IMG/VR virus record: IMGVR_UViG_3300050821_014397
Reading direction: 5' to 3' (one strand)
DNA: 64,000 nt
Origin: an uncultured virus (IMG/VR IMGVR_UViG_3300050821_014397)
Lineage: Duplodnaviria > Heunggongvirae > Uroviricota > Caudoviricetes
Within the stretch, counting starts at the first letter, position 1. Every line of letters starts with the position of its first letter. The notes beneath the pieces are model-generated. The model made no database searches, was not told the DNA's origin, and saw nothing but the letters and a program-made list of their open reading frames with translations. The position numbers and the translations under genes are program-made. Of this stretch, positions 35,901-45,482 are shown one piece after another.

Positions 35901-37829
35901 TCCGCCGAGCGCATGCGGATCACGGCGGCGGGTCTGGTGGGTATAGGTACTTCAACGCCAGCCCGCTTGATCGACTGCCAAGCAGCTTCCACCAACACCA
36001 TTGTAACCAACGCATCGACAACGACAATCCGGTTGATCAATTCTGACCTCACCGTCAATAACACTGCGGATCTGACTTTTGCCACTAACGATGCAGGAGG
36101 GACAGTAACTACGGCTGCGAAGGTCACTGCTGTGTTCTCCTCGCATACCACAAGTGCAGTCTCTGCCAGCCTCGCCTTTGTGACCATGAATGCTGCTGTG
36201 GCTGGTGAACGGATGAGGATTGATCCAACTGGCAATGTGGGGATAGGCACCGCGAGCCCTGATGGTCACTTGACCGTGATAGGTGGTTCTCCGACACACT
36301 TACAGGCCGCAGCCCAATTCACGCTTCAACTTCAGGCAGGATCAACAGGGATTCCGTTTTCTTCGGTGATCCAATTCTACAAGCAGGACGGTACTCAGTT
36401 GTGGCAGATCGGATCGGGAGCGATCACGGGAACGAATCAGGAGTTTGCGATCTATGATGTGCTGGCGGCAACGTCGCGTATGTACATCAACGCAGCTGGA
36501 AATACTGGTTTTGGAACGAATACGCCAGGAACGATCCTGCATATCAAACAACAGGTTAATTCGTTGAGTGGCTTGCGCATCGAACGTGCGGGGGGAACAA
36601 ATTCTTGGGATGAGTATGTGGGTGGCGACAACGCTCTTTATATCCAAACCGGAGGTTTATATTCGCAATTTGCTAGCAACGGGAGCGTGTATCTGTGCGT
36701 AACTGGGGGCTCTTGTGGCATCGGGACGACGTCACCCGCAAGGCTTTTAGATGTCGAGACTACGGCGGCGGGAGGGTGGGCGGCGCGATTTGGAAACTCA
36801 AGCGTAAATATGGACCTTGGCGGTTTTGTTGATGGTACGAGCGTAGCCATCAACTCTTCCGCTTGGCCGCTGGCTCTGCAAACTGGCGGCACTACACGGG
36901 TGACTATTACGACGGGCGGTCTGGTGGGCATCGGCACTGTATCTCCGGCGCAATTGCTTTCGGTGATACCTTCTACCACCATATCTACGGTTGCGAGTGC
37001 TAATCAAATCACGATTGGTGAGGCAGGCAATAATGGTGCTTATAGGCTATGTCTGGGTTATGCCCTGCTCAACGGAGCCTGGGCGAGTGTAATTCAGTCT
37101 ACGGTTGGAGGGGCAAGCGGCCTCCTCCTGGTCAATCCTAGCGGCGGCGGCGTTGTCATTGGATCGACCGCTGCTTCAGGGTATACGCTGGATGTTACCG
37201 GGACCATCCATTGCACGGCTGGCTTTGCCACCACTGCAAAGGGCAATACCTTCGGGCAAGCCACCGGGAACAACACCGCCATCCAGCCAACCGATGCCAA
37301 TATTCAGTTTTATAACCAAGGCTCTGGAAACTGGGCGGGGATCGGCTCGGATTCCGCAGGAGGTGTGTGGATCAGAACTGGAGGGAGCGGCACGCCGGAT
37401 GCGCGTTTGCTGATCACTTCTGTAGGCAATATCGGCATCGCTCAGACGGTCCCGAATTTTCTGTTACAGATCGGTCAGGATTCCGCCGCCAAGCCTGGGA
37501 CCAATACCTGGACTGTGATTTCTGATGTGCGTACCAAGCGCAACGTTCGCCCATTTACCGAAGGCCTGGACACACTGCTGAAGCTGCGGCCCACCGCATT
37601 CACCTACAACGGCGAGGCCAGCATGCCGGATGGCATGGAGGGTGTCGGGCTGGTTGCGCAGGAAGCGGCGGAAGTGATCCCGTCCTGCGTGCGGCACTCG
37701 CGCGGCGTGATCGCTGGCGAGGAGACCGAGGTCCTTGCTCTAAACACGGGCGACCTGACCTGGATGATTCTGAATGCGCTGCGTCAGATCAACGAGCGAT
37801 TACTTAGATTGGAGAATAACGCCATATGA
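32919..37829 (+). CDS. Long tail fibre with C-terminal intramolecular chaperone (peptidase S74)
   Basis: Repeated ERMRI...GLVGIG, QTPWTS.I and IAG.GL.GGGPLTG.VTLSV units; SDVRTKRNV...GLVAQE...coiled coil. Confidence 0.9.
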   Translation: MLTKIQDTVTYFDGSAASGKIVVTWPPFNYAGIAVAAGQQEYDLAPDGSVVIECYPCVGAQPLGTYYTATYELDKGAVYDEYWLVPATPTTTIGVIRVSVPETPSIMINAQQLTSSGALSGMFLGWNGSNWVPMYPSSFNCAVQSFFGRVGAVMPQTGDYTVAQVTNAVANTRRVIAGSGLSGGGPLTADVTLSVATGGFVPSTTRIIAGAGLAGGGPLTGDVTISVASAYVPQTTQILAGSGLTGGGPLTGNVTLSVLPGAFVPQTTQVIAGAGLTGGGPLTGNVTLSVAAGGFVPQTTQIIAGTGLSGGGPLTGNVTLSVVADTTVQRLRVSTGGTLVATRPQINFLVGNNIQLTATDDAANNRVNVTIGFTGMSMFTNGTLTGVSSNLDLEAGANITITGTLNGSVMQYVIASTGPSGGMSDPTTTKGDLIVRGSITTNRLGVGVDGQTLIADSTQPLGMRWGAGGGGGAQTPWTSNIDGAGFALNNARNIGINQASLAAVPLVMTSFAGSGDATIVINPVSSSSLIGTALRGIGIEGGLVLAGSTYSTASWRSITSLYSQVDFVVLTAAYPGDPSALERLRVLASNGNVGIAQSVPAFKLDVTGDVNVTGGVYRVNGAPLVTSNQTPWTSTIDAAAFNLNNAGGIGVGTAATGSRALTVQSAAVVSFDVYSQNTNPGSTPGMALLNDSNDQVQFGLGGSTAGGGPLRRVAFWITTRDIAFGTGSSFTERMRITAAGLVGIGRTPTTYLLEVAGDVNLVGGVYRVNGVPLATGGGAQTPWTSDINAAGFKLNSAGAIGIGVVANAAYPLWVRGASGASGLSPQSYTTVFFENGSTTYLELAGNASPGPPNCGIVWSSGSSQTSYIIDYNGAVNWVAVGASRPIAIYTNSLERMRITPAGLVGIGTTVPSERLTVTGVRTTAFNAGDVTTWGDVLVENPTQVANPATGIGFSITSTYQGNSTVAAGIAAVRMSTAPDTQLDLVFITRAPSVVSAERMRITAAGLVGIGTSTPARLIDCQAASTNTIVTNASTTTIRLINSDLTVNNTADLTFATNDAGGTVTTAAKVTAVFSSHTTSAVSASLAFVTMNAAVAGERMRIDPTGNVGIGTASPDGHLTVIGGSPTHLQAAAQFTLQLQAGSTGIPFSSVIQFYKQDGTQLWQIGSGAITGTNQEFAIYDVLAATSRMYINAAGNTGFGTNTPGTILHIKQQVNSLSGLRIERAGGTNSWDEYVGGDNALYIQTGGLYSQFASNGSVYLCVTGGSCGIGTTSPARLLDVETTAAGGWAARFGNSSVNMDLGGFVDGTSVAINSSAWPLALQTGGTTRVTITTGGLVGIGTVSPAQLLSVIPSTTISTVASANQITIGEAGNNGAYRLCLGYALLNGAWASVIQSTVGGASGLLLVNPSGGGVVIGSTAASGYTLDVTGTIHCTAGFATTAKGNTFGQATGNNTAIQPTDANIQFYNQGSGNWAGIGSDSAGGVWIRTGGSGTPDARLLITSVGNIGIAQTVPNFLLQIGQDSAAKPGTNTWTVISDVRTKRNVRPFTEGLDTLLKLRPTAFTYNGEASMPDGMEGVGLVAQEAAEVIPSCVRHSRGVIAGEETEVLALNTGDLTWMILNALRQINERLLRLENNAI

Positions 37830-38113
37830 CTTACGATGAATCCGCAGCCTTGATGGTGGACCAGGAGTTCCGGGGGCGCGTCAAAGTCGCGTGCTTGAAA
37901 TACGCGGACTCGATCATTGGCGAGCCGACGGGCACTGCGGCTCACAACACTCGCCTGCGCTGGGCGGCGAACTGCTTGCAGAACCCTGACATGGTCGCGG
38001 CCCAGACGCAGCCGCCCACCGTGATGGACGCGGAGGTGCAGGCCGATGGTCCCGCGATCACCGATACGGCTCTGCAGGCCAGCGTGGAAGTAACGATCAA
38101 CAAAATGATGTGA
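37826..38113 (+). CDS. Hypothetical protein (possible fibre assembly factor)
   Basis: ATGA overlap after the fibre gene. Confidence 0.65.
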   Translation: MTYDESAALMVDQEFRGRVKVACLKYADSIIGEPTGTAAHNTRLRWAANCLQNPDMVAAQTQPPTVMDAEVQADGPAITDTALQASVEVTINKMM

Positions 38114-38124
38114 GGAGATTACAT

Positions 38125-38541
38125 ATGAAGCTAAGTCTGGATCATACACAGCGGTTGAATCTGCATTCGCTGATGGGCGCGCAGCGCGCCAGCCTGGACG
38201 ACCTGCGGATGTTTTGGAAGCTGCAGGACCGCATCGAACTCTCGGCGCGGGAGAAGGCGGCGATCAACTACAAGGTGACGCTGGTGAACGGCCTGCAGCA
38301 GGTGCAGTGGGATGTGTCAAAAGACCTCCCCCTCGGAGAGTATGAATTTAACGAGCAGGAGTCGGCGCGCCTGACCAAGATGCTCAAGGAGTGGCAGCCG
38401 GGTTATCTGATCGGGGCCGACCGGCAATGGCTCGAGCCCTTGCTGGCCCAGATCGACGGCCTGCTGACGGAAGGCAAGGTGGATGGCAAGGCGTCGGGCG
38501 CGGGCCTCGGCCAGCTCGCCCGTCCTCCTCTGGCCCAATAG
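38125..38541 (+). CDS. Hypothetical protein
   Basis: SD GAGGAG. Confidence 0.65.
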   Translation: MKLSLDHTQRLNLHSLMGAQRASLDDLRMFWKLQDRIELSAREKAAINYKVTLVNGLQQVQWDVSKDLPLGEYEFNEQESARLTKMLKEWQPGYLIGADRQWLEPLLAQIDGLLTEGKVDGKASGAGLGQLARPPLAQ

Positions 38542-38543
38542 CT

Positions 38544-40466
38544 ATGTCGCTTGCGAAGATCCAGTTTCAGCCGGGCATTGTCAAGGAGACGACCAGCTAC
38601 ACGCAGGCCGGTGGCTGGTACGACTGCGACAAGGTGAGGTTCCGCGCCGGGATGCCGGAGAAGATCGGCGGCTGGACTCCGATTGTGAGCACGCCGTTCA
38701 TCGGGACCTGCCGCTACATTCACCAGTGGTCGAACCAGGAGGGCAATCAACAGTACCTGGGGCTGGGCACGAGCGACAAGCTGTATATCCTGTGGTCGAA
38801 CTCGTATTACGACCTCACGCCGGTGCGGCTGACCCAGACGCTCGGGACGAACCCGCTCACTGCCTTGGGCGCAACCAGCCCGTACATGTACGTTCATGCG
38901 CCTTCGAACGGGGCCGCTATCGGTGACTACTTCACGCTGAGCGGCGCGACCGGCTTCGACGTCTTCACGCCCGCGATGCTCAACGGCCAGCAGTTCCAGG
39001 TGACCGGCTATTACGGCGACAATCCGGACTACCTGCTCTTCCTGGCTCCGGCGCAGACGGCCTCGGCCACGCCGGTCTCGGGCGGCGGCACGCCGACGGC
39101 CACCTTCTACATCTCGAGCGGCCTGCAGGATGCGGTGGTCGGCCAGGGTTGGGGCGTTCCGCCCTGGGGTGGCTGGTACGTGACCATGGGTCCGAGGCCA
39201 GCGCCTTCGCCTCCGGCGACCGGCTGGGGTGTCGCCTTTAATCCCAAGACGCTCAACCCGGTCGATCCCACGATCAATCAGATCCGCCTGTGGAGTCTGG
39301 ATAATTTCGGCGAGGACTTGGTGGCCAACGTGCGCGGCGGCCCGATCTATTACTGGCACGCGTCGATGGGCCTGTTGTGGACCGCCCTGCCGTTGACCCA
39401 GGAGGTCAATATCGACGGCGTCGATTACGTGCCCTCCGATGTGCCCGCGACTGCGATGCAGATCTTGACCTCGCCCAACGACCGGCACCTGATCGCCTAC
39501 GGCTGCCCGGACTTTGGCGAGACGAAGGCCGACCCGCTGCTCGTGCGCTGGTCCTCCCAGGAGAACGCGTATGACTGGACGCCGCTGAGAACCAACGACG
39601 CCGGTTCGCAGCCGCTCTCCGCCGGGAGCTACATCATCTGCGCCTTGCGCACCGCTGGCGGCCAGATCCTGATCTGGACCGACCTCGGCCTGTGGCTGCA
39701 GCAATACATCGGGATGCCCTACGTGTTCGGCTTCCAGCCGGTCGCGCAGAACCTGTCGATCATCGGGCCTAACGCCATGATCAACGCGGCCAGCGTCGTC
39801 ATGTGGATGGACAGAGGGCTTTTCTACAGCTACACCGGGACCGTTCAGGAGCTGCCGTGCAGCGTCAAAGATTTCGTCTTCAGCAACCTGAATTACACGC
39901 AGGCCTACAAGGTCTATGCCGGGCACAACCACGCGATGAGCGAGGTCTGGTGGTTCTACCCCTCGGCCAATTCGCAAGAGAACGACTCGTACGTGATCTA
40001 CAACTATGGCGAGCAGCTGTGGAGCGTGGGAACGATTGACCGCACCGCGTGGCTCGACATGGGCCGCGCCAATCACCCGGTGGCGACGGATCGCACCAAC
40101 AGCCTGATCTACTATCACGAGTACGGCGACGACGCCAACGGCCAGCCCCTGGTTTCTTGGATCGATTCCGCCGACATCGACGCCGACGGCGGCGACCACT
40201 ACCTGTACCTGCAGCGCTTCATTCCCGACGTGGTCTTTCGCGGCGACGGCTCGCAGCAGGCGCTCGGCGTCACTATTTTCGGGCGCAGCGAGCCGTTGAA
40301 GCCCAAGGCCACGCTGGCCGTGTTGACGGTGACGACGATGACGGGCCAGCAGTATCTCCGCCTGCGGGAGCGGCAGATCAGTTTCCGGTTTCAGTCCGAC
40401 GCCTTGGGAGTGGGCTGGCGGCTGGGCACGATCCGCGCCGACTGGCAGCAGGATGGAAGGCGGTAG
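38544..40466 (+). CDS. Tail nozzle / tubular-B-like structural protein
   Basis: PGIVKE.T.Y...GGWYDCDKVRFR.G.PEKIGGW, WSLDNFGEDL, EVWWFYPS, WRLG...DGRR. Confidence 0.8.
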   Translation: MSLAKIQFQPGIVKETTSYTQAGGWYDCDKVRFRAGMPEKIGGWTPIVSTPFIGTCRYIHQWSNQEGNQQYLGLGTSDKLYILWSNSYYDLTPVRLTQTLGTNPLTALGATSPYMYVHAPSNGAAIGDYFTLSGATGFDVFTPAMLNGQQFQVTGYYGDNPDYLLFLAPAQTASATPVSGGGTPTATFYISSGLQDAVVGQGWGVPPWGGWYVTMGPRPAPSPPATGWGVAFNPKTLNPVDPTINQIRLWSLDNFGEDLVANVRGGPIYYWHASMGLLWTALPLTQEVNIDGVDYVPSDVPATAMQILTSPNDRHLIAYGCPDFGETKADPLLVRWSSQENAYDWTPLRTNDAGSQPLSAGSYIICALRTAGGQILIWTDLGLWLQQYIGMPYVFGFQPVAQNLSIIGPNAMINAASVVMWMDRGLFYSYTGTVQELPCSVKDFVFSNLNYTQAYKVYAGHNHAMSEVWWFYPSANSQENDSYVIYNYGEQLWSVGTIDRTAWLDMGRANHPVATDRTNSLIYYHEYGDDANGQPLVSWIDSADIDADGGDHYLYLQRFIPDVVFRGDGSQQALGVTIFGRSEPLKPKATLAVLTVTTMTGQQYLRLRERQISFRFQSDALGVGWRLGTIRADWQQDGRR

Positions 40467-40469
40467 CGC

Positions 40470-40772
40470 ATGGCACGTATCATCCGACAGCCCTTGCCCG
40501 ATCCGCCCGCGACCTACGATCCGTCGTATATCGCCAAGCTGGTCAACGCGGTGAATCAGTTTATGCTGCAGAGCACGGCGGAAGCCGAGGTGGTTGCGGC
40601 CAACTACATCGCGACGGCCCCGGTGGTCGTCGATCCCACTGGCACGGTTCCCGGTTCGCAGGCCAGCACGGTCGGTCTGCCGACGGGCACTTTCTATCTC
40701 TACCGGGCCGCGCCGCCGCTCGGTTCACCCGGAGCCTTTTACGTGAGCGTCGTGACGGAGCAAGACAAATGA
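40470..40772 (+). CDS. Hypothetical structural-module protein
   Basis: LPDPP..YD motif. Confidence 0.6.
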   Translation: MARIIRQPLPDPPATYDPSYIAKLVNAVNQFMLQSTAEAEVVAANYIATAPVVVDPTGTVPGSQASTVGLPTGTFYLYRAAPPLGSPGAFYVSVVTEQDK

Positions 40773-41719
40773 ACACAACGGCTGGCTACACCAATCCGAT
40801 CCGCAGCATGGAGCGCAAGCTCGCGCCCGACTATGCTTCGCGTGAGTTCAGAGATCCCGGCCTGCGCACGACCCGCCAGTCGGCGGGGCTGGGCTCGCTG
40901 AAGCACACCATGCCGCATCTCCAGCGCAGCCTGCACCTGCAGGGCGGCGGCGGCCTGAGCAACCCGGTGGGGGAGATCGCTGCCGCCTCGCATCCCAACC
41001 TCTACAACCCCGATCCGCAGTTCCGCCAGTTCCTGCAGCTGGCCACGCGGGCTCCCTTCAGTGGCCGGGATCTGGTGCGCGCCCCGACCGCCGAGTCGCA
41101 GTTCGTCTACCAGGGCGGCGGCGAGGTGGACGGCCCGGACGACGAGAACGAGGGCCAGCCACCGGACCTGGGCGAGGTGCAGTCGCCCGACGACCAGATG
41201 TCGTCCAATGAGCAGCAGGAGCGCGAGATCGTGCTCAACGCGATGGCGGCGCTCGACGGGCAGAGCCCGGACCCGGAGGGCGACATCAAGGCCTTTGTCC
41301 AGGCCTTCGGGCCGCGCGCGCTGGCCGACCTCCAGCAGCTGCTCGAGCAGCACCACCAGCAGGCGCAGGGCGAGGAAGGCGAGGAAGGCGGCCCGCCCGC
41401 TGGCGGCCAGGAGGACCAGGAGGCCGAGCAGAACCCACTGCTGCAGCAGGCGGGCGGAGGCCTGCTCCATGGCCAGGGCACCGGGCAGAGCGACGAGATC
41501 GAGGGCACCACGCCTTCGGGCCGCCCGGTGCTGCTCAGTGACGGCGAGTATGTGATCGACGCGCCGACGGTGGCGGCGCTGGGCGACGGCTCGACCAAGG
41601 CCGGGGCGCGGCGGCTGGACGATCTGCGCAAGCAGATCCGCACCAACGCCTACGGCCACGACAAGCAGGCGAAGCCGATGAAGAAGGACAAGGGCGGCGT
41701 GACCGTCGTGCTGAAATGA
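40769..41719 (+). CDS. Internal virion-type protein with GTG.SD.I...LSDGEYV motif
   Basis: GQGTGQSDEI...LSDGEYVIDA..V..LGDGS..AGA..L. Confidence 0.7.
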   Translation: MNTTAGYTNPIRSMERKLAPDYASREFRDPGLRTTRQSAGLGSLKHTMPHLQRSLHLQGGGGLSNPVGEIAAASHPNLYNPDPQFRQFLQLATRAPFSGRDLVRAPTAESQFVYQGGGEVDGPDDENEGQPPDLGEVQSPDDQMSSNEQQEREIVLNAMAALDGQSPDPEGDIKAFVQAFGPRALADLQQLLEQHHQQAQGEEGEEGGPPAGGQEDQEAEQNPLLQQAGGGLLHGQGTGQSDEIEGTTPSGRPVLLSDGEYVIDAPTVAALGDGSTKAGARRLDDLRKQIRTNAYGHDKQAKPMKKDKGGVTVVLK

Positions 41720-41931
41720 GGCAACTGGTCGGTTCCCGGGGCTGGGAATATGCTTACGAGAAGGCTCTTGTGGAGCAACTTGAAAGGCTGCGCGACCAGC
41801 TCGAATCGGGGACCAAGGCCAACTACCAGTACCTGTGCGGCCAAATTCATGGTATACGTGTAGCCATTAAGGAATTGTCGGAAATCCGCCACAGATTCAA
41901 TCTGGACGAGGATTCGGATGTGCGGGAGTGA
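41716..41931 (+). CDS. Conserved small head-module protein
   Basis: Y.YLCGQIHGI motif upstream of GroES-like gene. Confidence 0.6.
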   Translation: MRQLVGSRGWEYAYEKALVEQLERLRDQLESGTKANYQYLCGQIHGIRVAIKELSEIRHRFNLDEDSDVRE

Positions 41932-41935
41932 TGGG

Positions 41936-42367
41936 ATGGAATCGATGACGCCGGTCGCGTTGCCGTTAGCGGAGCCATTGCGGCTTGATCCGATTGTGAA
42001 ACCCGCAATCAGCGAGGACGACCGGATCGACCAGACCTTGCACCCCACCGGGTTTCGCGTCCTGGTGCAGATCCTGCCGCCCGAGGAGTATCTGAAGCGC
42101 TGGCAGAATTCCAATCTGGTGATGCCGGATGAGGTGCGCGACCGGGAATGGCAGGCCCAGCTCTGGGCGCTCGTGATCGAGCTGGGGCCGGAGGCCTACA
42201 AGGATGAGAAGCGGTTTCAGAAGCCCTGGTGCCAGCCGGGCGACTGCATCATCATGCGGCCCTACTCGGGCACGCGTTTCATGGTGCGCAACCATCTCTA
42301 CGCGCTGATCAACGACGACACGGTGCTCGCCGTCGTCACCGATCCCGGGGAGATCGAGAGGGCCTGA
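41936..42367 (+). CDS. groES: Phage co-chaperonin GroES-like protein
   Basis: PTGFRVLV, LGPEAYKD, PWC.PGD, YSGTRF, LINDD.VLAVV. Confidence 0.85.
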   Translation: MESMTPVALPLAEPLRLDPIVKPAISEDDRIDQTLHPTGFRVLVQILPPEEYLKRWQNSNLVMPDEVRDREWQAQLWALVIELGPEAYKDEKRFQKPWCQPGDCIIMRPYSGTRFMVRNHLYALINDDTVLAVVTDPGEIERA

Positions 42368-43377
42368 TGGCTGACGAACCCAAAGCGCCGCCGGAAGTGG
42401 ACGTGGACGTAGCCGAAGGTGGCGTCACCGTCGAGGTGCAGCCTTACGACGAGAAACCCGGCAAGCCGCAGCTGACCGACGAGGAAGTCGAGAAGCTCGA
42501 CTCGCTGCCGCCGGACGATGAAATCGGCAAGTACGCCAAGGACGCCCAGAAGCGCATCAAGAGCCTGCACATCGCCAATCAGGAATGGCGGCGGCGGGTG
42601 GTGCAGTCCACCCGGGACGTGGCCACCGCCACCAATCTGGCGCAGCAGCTCTACCAGGAAAACCAGCAGCTGAGGACCTCGACGCAGCGCAGCGAGCATG
42701 CGCTGATCGAGCAGGCCCTGCAGCGCGCCGACGCGCAGCTGGCGCAGGCCAAGAGCCGCTTCCTACAGGCGCGCAACAATAACGACACGGCGCAGGAGCT
42801 GGCGGCGCAGGAGGAGATCGCGCAGGCCGTCAGCGAGCGCGACCGGCTGCGCCTTCTGCGGCCCGCGCAGCCGCCGGTCAAGGACGGTGAGCCGGGTCCT
42901 CCGGCGCAACCGGCTACACCCGTTCCGCAGCAGCCGCCGCAAAACAGCGAGGCCACAGACGCTTGGCTGCGGCGCAATCCCTGGTTCAACCAGCCGGGCG
43001 AAGAAAAGATGCGCGGCTTCGCCCTGGGCGTGCACGATGCGCTCGTGAAGCAGGGCATCACCGAACTCAACAATCCCAAGGAATATTGGGGCACGATTGA
43101 TCGCGAGCTGCGCGCCACCTTCCCCAGCCGGTTTGGCGAGAAGGAAAAGCCGGAAAAGCCGGAGGGCGGGAGCCGCCCGGTGGCGGTGGCGGGGGCCACG
43201 CGCACCAACGGAACGGCGGAGCCCAAGCGCGGGCCGCGCCACGTCGTGCTCACCGAAAGCCAAGTTACGCTCGCGCGTTCGCTCGGTCTTACTAACGAGC
43301 AATACGCGATGCAGTTAGTCCGAGACGAAGGAAAGCAGGAGGGGAGCTACCATGACATCTCTACCAAACGACAGTAG
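42367..43377 (+). CDS. Capsid scaffolding protein (putative)
   Basis: Coiled coil, W..RNPWF, C-terminal LTESQV.LA..LGL..EQYA. Confidence 0.7.
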   Translation: MADEPKAPPEVDVDVAEGGVTVEVQPYDEKPGKPQLTDEEVEKLDSLPPDDEIGKYAKDAQKRIKSLHIANQEWRRRVVQSTRDVATATNLAQQLYQENQQLRTSTQRSEHALIEQALQRADAQLAQAKSRFLQARNNNDTAQELAAQEEIAQAVSERDRLRLLRPAQPPVKDGEPGPPAQPATPVPQQPPQNSEATDAWLRRNPWFNQPGEEKMRGFALGVHDALVKQGITELNNPKEYWGTIDRELRATFPSRFGEKEKPEKPEGGSRPVAVAGATRTNGTAEPKRGPRHVVLTESQVTLARSLGLTNEQYAMQLVRDEGKQEGSYHDISTKRQ

Positions 43378-43867
43378 GCTGCCGAGGGACGAACAGAGCC
43401 GTGAGGCAGAGTCGAGGGAGAAAACGTGGTTGCCTCCGAATGCGCTGCCGGACCCGCATCAACGCCCGTCGATGGTCCATCGCTGGATTAGAACGTCGGC
43501 CATGGGTCAGAGCGATCCGGTGAATGTCTCTACCGCCTTCAGGGAGGGATGGGTTGCCGTCATGGCCACCGAGTACCCCGAGCTGAAGATCCTCTCCGAC
43601 CAAGGGTCGCGCTGGCCGGAGAGCGTCGAGGTAGGAGGCCTGTTGTTGTGCAGCGCACCCGCGAGTTCGATCACGAGGCGCAAGGAACACTACGAACGCA
43701 TGGCACGAGCCCAGATGAAATCGGTGAACGACCAGCTCGAATCCGAAGAGGACCCGCGCATGCGTACCATGTTCCGCGAACACTACTCGACGGTCTCTCG
43801 CGGCTTTGGGCCGGAGGGCGAGCGCCGCAACAACAAGCGCGCCAACGGTCCCAACCAGCAGCCGTAA
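43352..43867 (+). CDS. Conserved head-module protein
   Basis: W.PP..LP, RWIR.S..G..D..N....REGW, VGGLLLC. Confidence 0.7.
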   Translation: MTSLPNDSRLPRDEQSREAESREKTWLPPNALPDPHQRPSMVHRWIRTSAMGQSDPVNVSTAFREGWVAVMATEYPELKILSDQGSRWPESVEVGGLLLCSAPASSITRRKEHYERMARAQMKSVNDQLESEEDPRMRTMFREHYSTVSRGFGPEGERRNNKRANGPNQQP

Positions 43868-43904
43868 CCAACCAAGGCCGCTCTGCGGCAGACAAGGATC
43901 ATGT

Positions 43905-44525
43905 ATGGGCCAGATCTCAGGTCCGTATGGTCTTCGGGGCGTAAAGATTCTGGGCGAGCAGTATTTCAGCGGGGGGATGCACACGTATCCGATTCAGAAT
44001 CCCTCGGCGATTGCCACTCAGGGCTGTTACTTTGGCGACCCCGTCGGCCTACAGGGCGGTAGTGTAGTTCCCCTCGCGGCAAGTCCAACAGCCGGTGTGC
44101 CGGGGGTGATTGGTATTTTCCAGGGTTGCAGTTGGCAGGACCCGATACGCGGGTTCGTCAATTCGCAGTATCTGCCCGCCGGGCTTTTCTCCAGCGGCGT
44201 GAGCGACGTGAAGGTCAAGATTCTGGACAACCCGCATGTCGTGATGCGTGTCCAGGCCGACGGGCCGGTGACGCCGGATAAGATCGGTTTCAACGGGGCG
44301 CTGGGGCAGCTCGGGCAGAACAATCCTCAGACCGGCAACAGCAAGGTCAACCTGCTGTCGGCCTCCATCGCCGCCGGTGCCGCGCTGGCCGTGCGGATCT
44401 ACGGCTTCGTGCTGGACGCCGCCCCTTCGCCGGGCGCGGGCTCGATGCCGGGCGATGCGTTCACGGACGTCCTCGTGGTCTGGAACTTCGGTATCGACCG
44501 ATACCTGAATGCGACGGGAGGATAA
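43905..44525 (+). CDS. Putative capsid decoration protein
   Basis: PYGLR, FGDPV, IGIFQGC, directly upstream of capsid gene. Confidence 0.65.
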   Translation: MGQISGPYGLRGVKILGEQYFSGGMHTYPIQNPSAIATQGCYFGDPVGLQGGSVVPLAASPTAGVPGVIGIFQGCSWQDPIRGFVNSQYLPAGLFSSGVSDVKVKILDNPHVVMRVQADGPVTPDKIGFNGALGQLGQNNPQTGNSKVNLLSASIAAGAALAVRIYGFVLDAAPSPGAGSMPGDAFTDVLVVWNFGIDRYLNATGG

Positions 44526-44528
44526 GCC

Positions 44529-45437
44529 ATGCCAGCCATATCCAGAGCACAACTGATGAAAGAGCTGGTCCCCGGCTTGAATGCGCTTTTCGGGCTCGAG
44601 TACAACCGCTACGACGACGAGACCAAAGACATCTTCGTGTCGGAGAACTCCGAGCGGTCGTTCGAAGAGGAGACGAAAGTCACCGGCTTCGGCCCTGCCC
44701 CGGTAAAACCCGAGGGCGAGGCTATCCAGTACGACGATGCGCAGGAGACCTACACCGCGCGATACACGCACGAAACCATTGCGATGGGTTTCGCGGTGAC
44801 TGAGGAGGCCTTCGAGGACAACCTGTACGACAGTCTCTCGAAGCGCTACACCAAGGCGCTGGCGCGCTCGATGGCGCACACCAAGCAAGTCAAGGGTGCC
44901 GCCATCCTGAACAACGCTTTCAACCCTGCCTTCCCCGGCGGTGATGGAGTAAGTCTCTGTAACTTGCAACATCCGCTGGTCATGGGCGGGGCCTACAACG
45001 CCAACATGCCGTCCACCCCGAGCGATCTCAACGAGACCTCGCTCGAAGCGGCGGCCACCACGATCTCGCTCTGGCTGGATGATCGCGGCCTGTTGATCGC
45101 GGCCAAGCCGCGCAGGATGGTCATCCCGGCGGCGCAGATCTTCACCGCCACGCGCGTCCTGCGCAGCCAGTACCGGCCCGGAACCGCCGACAACGATGTG
45201 AATGCGTTGTGGACCAACGGGACGATCCCCGAAGGCTGGAAGGTCAACCATTGGCTGGTCGATCCCAAGAGCTGGTACATCATGACGGACATCCCGAACG
45301 GTCTGAAACATTTCGTCAGGGTTCCGTTACAGACCAAGGACGATCCAGACTTTGATACGGGGAACCTTCGTTACAAGGCGAGGGAGCGGTACTCGTTCGG
45401 CTGGAGCGATCCGCTGGGGGTCTACGGCTCACCGTAG
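44529..45437 (+). CDS. Major capsid protein
   Basis: AISRAQL.KEL.PGLNALFGLEY...YKARERYSFGWSDP.G.YGS. Confidence 0.9.
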   Translation: MPAISRAQLMKELVPGLNALFGLEYNRYDDETKDIFVSENSERSFEEETKVTGFGPAPVKPEGEAIQYDDAQETYTARYTHETIAMGFAVTEEAFEDNLYDSLSKRYTKALARSMAHTKQVKGAAILNNAFNPAFPGGDGVSLCNLQHPLVMGGAYNANMPSTPSDLNETSLEAAATTISLWLDDRGLLIAAKPRRMVIPAAQIFTATRVLRSQYRPGTADNDVNALWTNGTIPEGWKVNHWLVDPKSWYIMTDIPNGLKHFVRVPLQTKDDPDFDTGNLRYKARERYSFGWSDPLGVYGSP

Positions 45438-45447
45438 ACGATGCCGC

Positions 45448-45481
45448 GCGGGCCGGTGATCGCAACCGGCCCGCACTTTTC
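45448..45481 (+). terminator. Intrinsic terminator after capsid gene
   Basis: GCGGGCCGGT-loop-ACCGGCCCGC followed by a short T run. Confidence 0.7.
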
Positions 45482-45482
45482 A

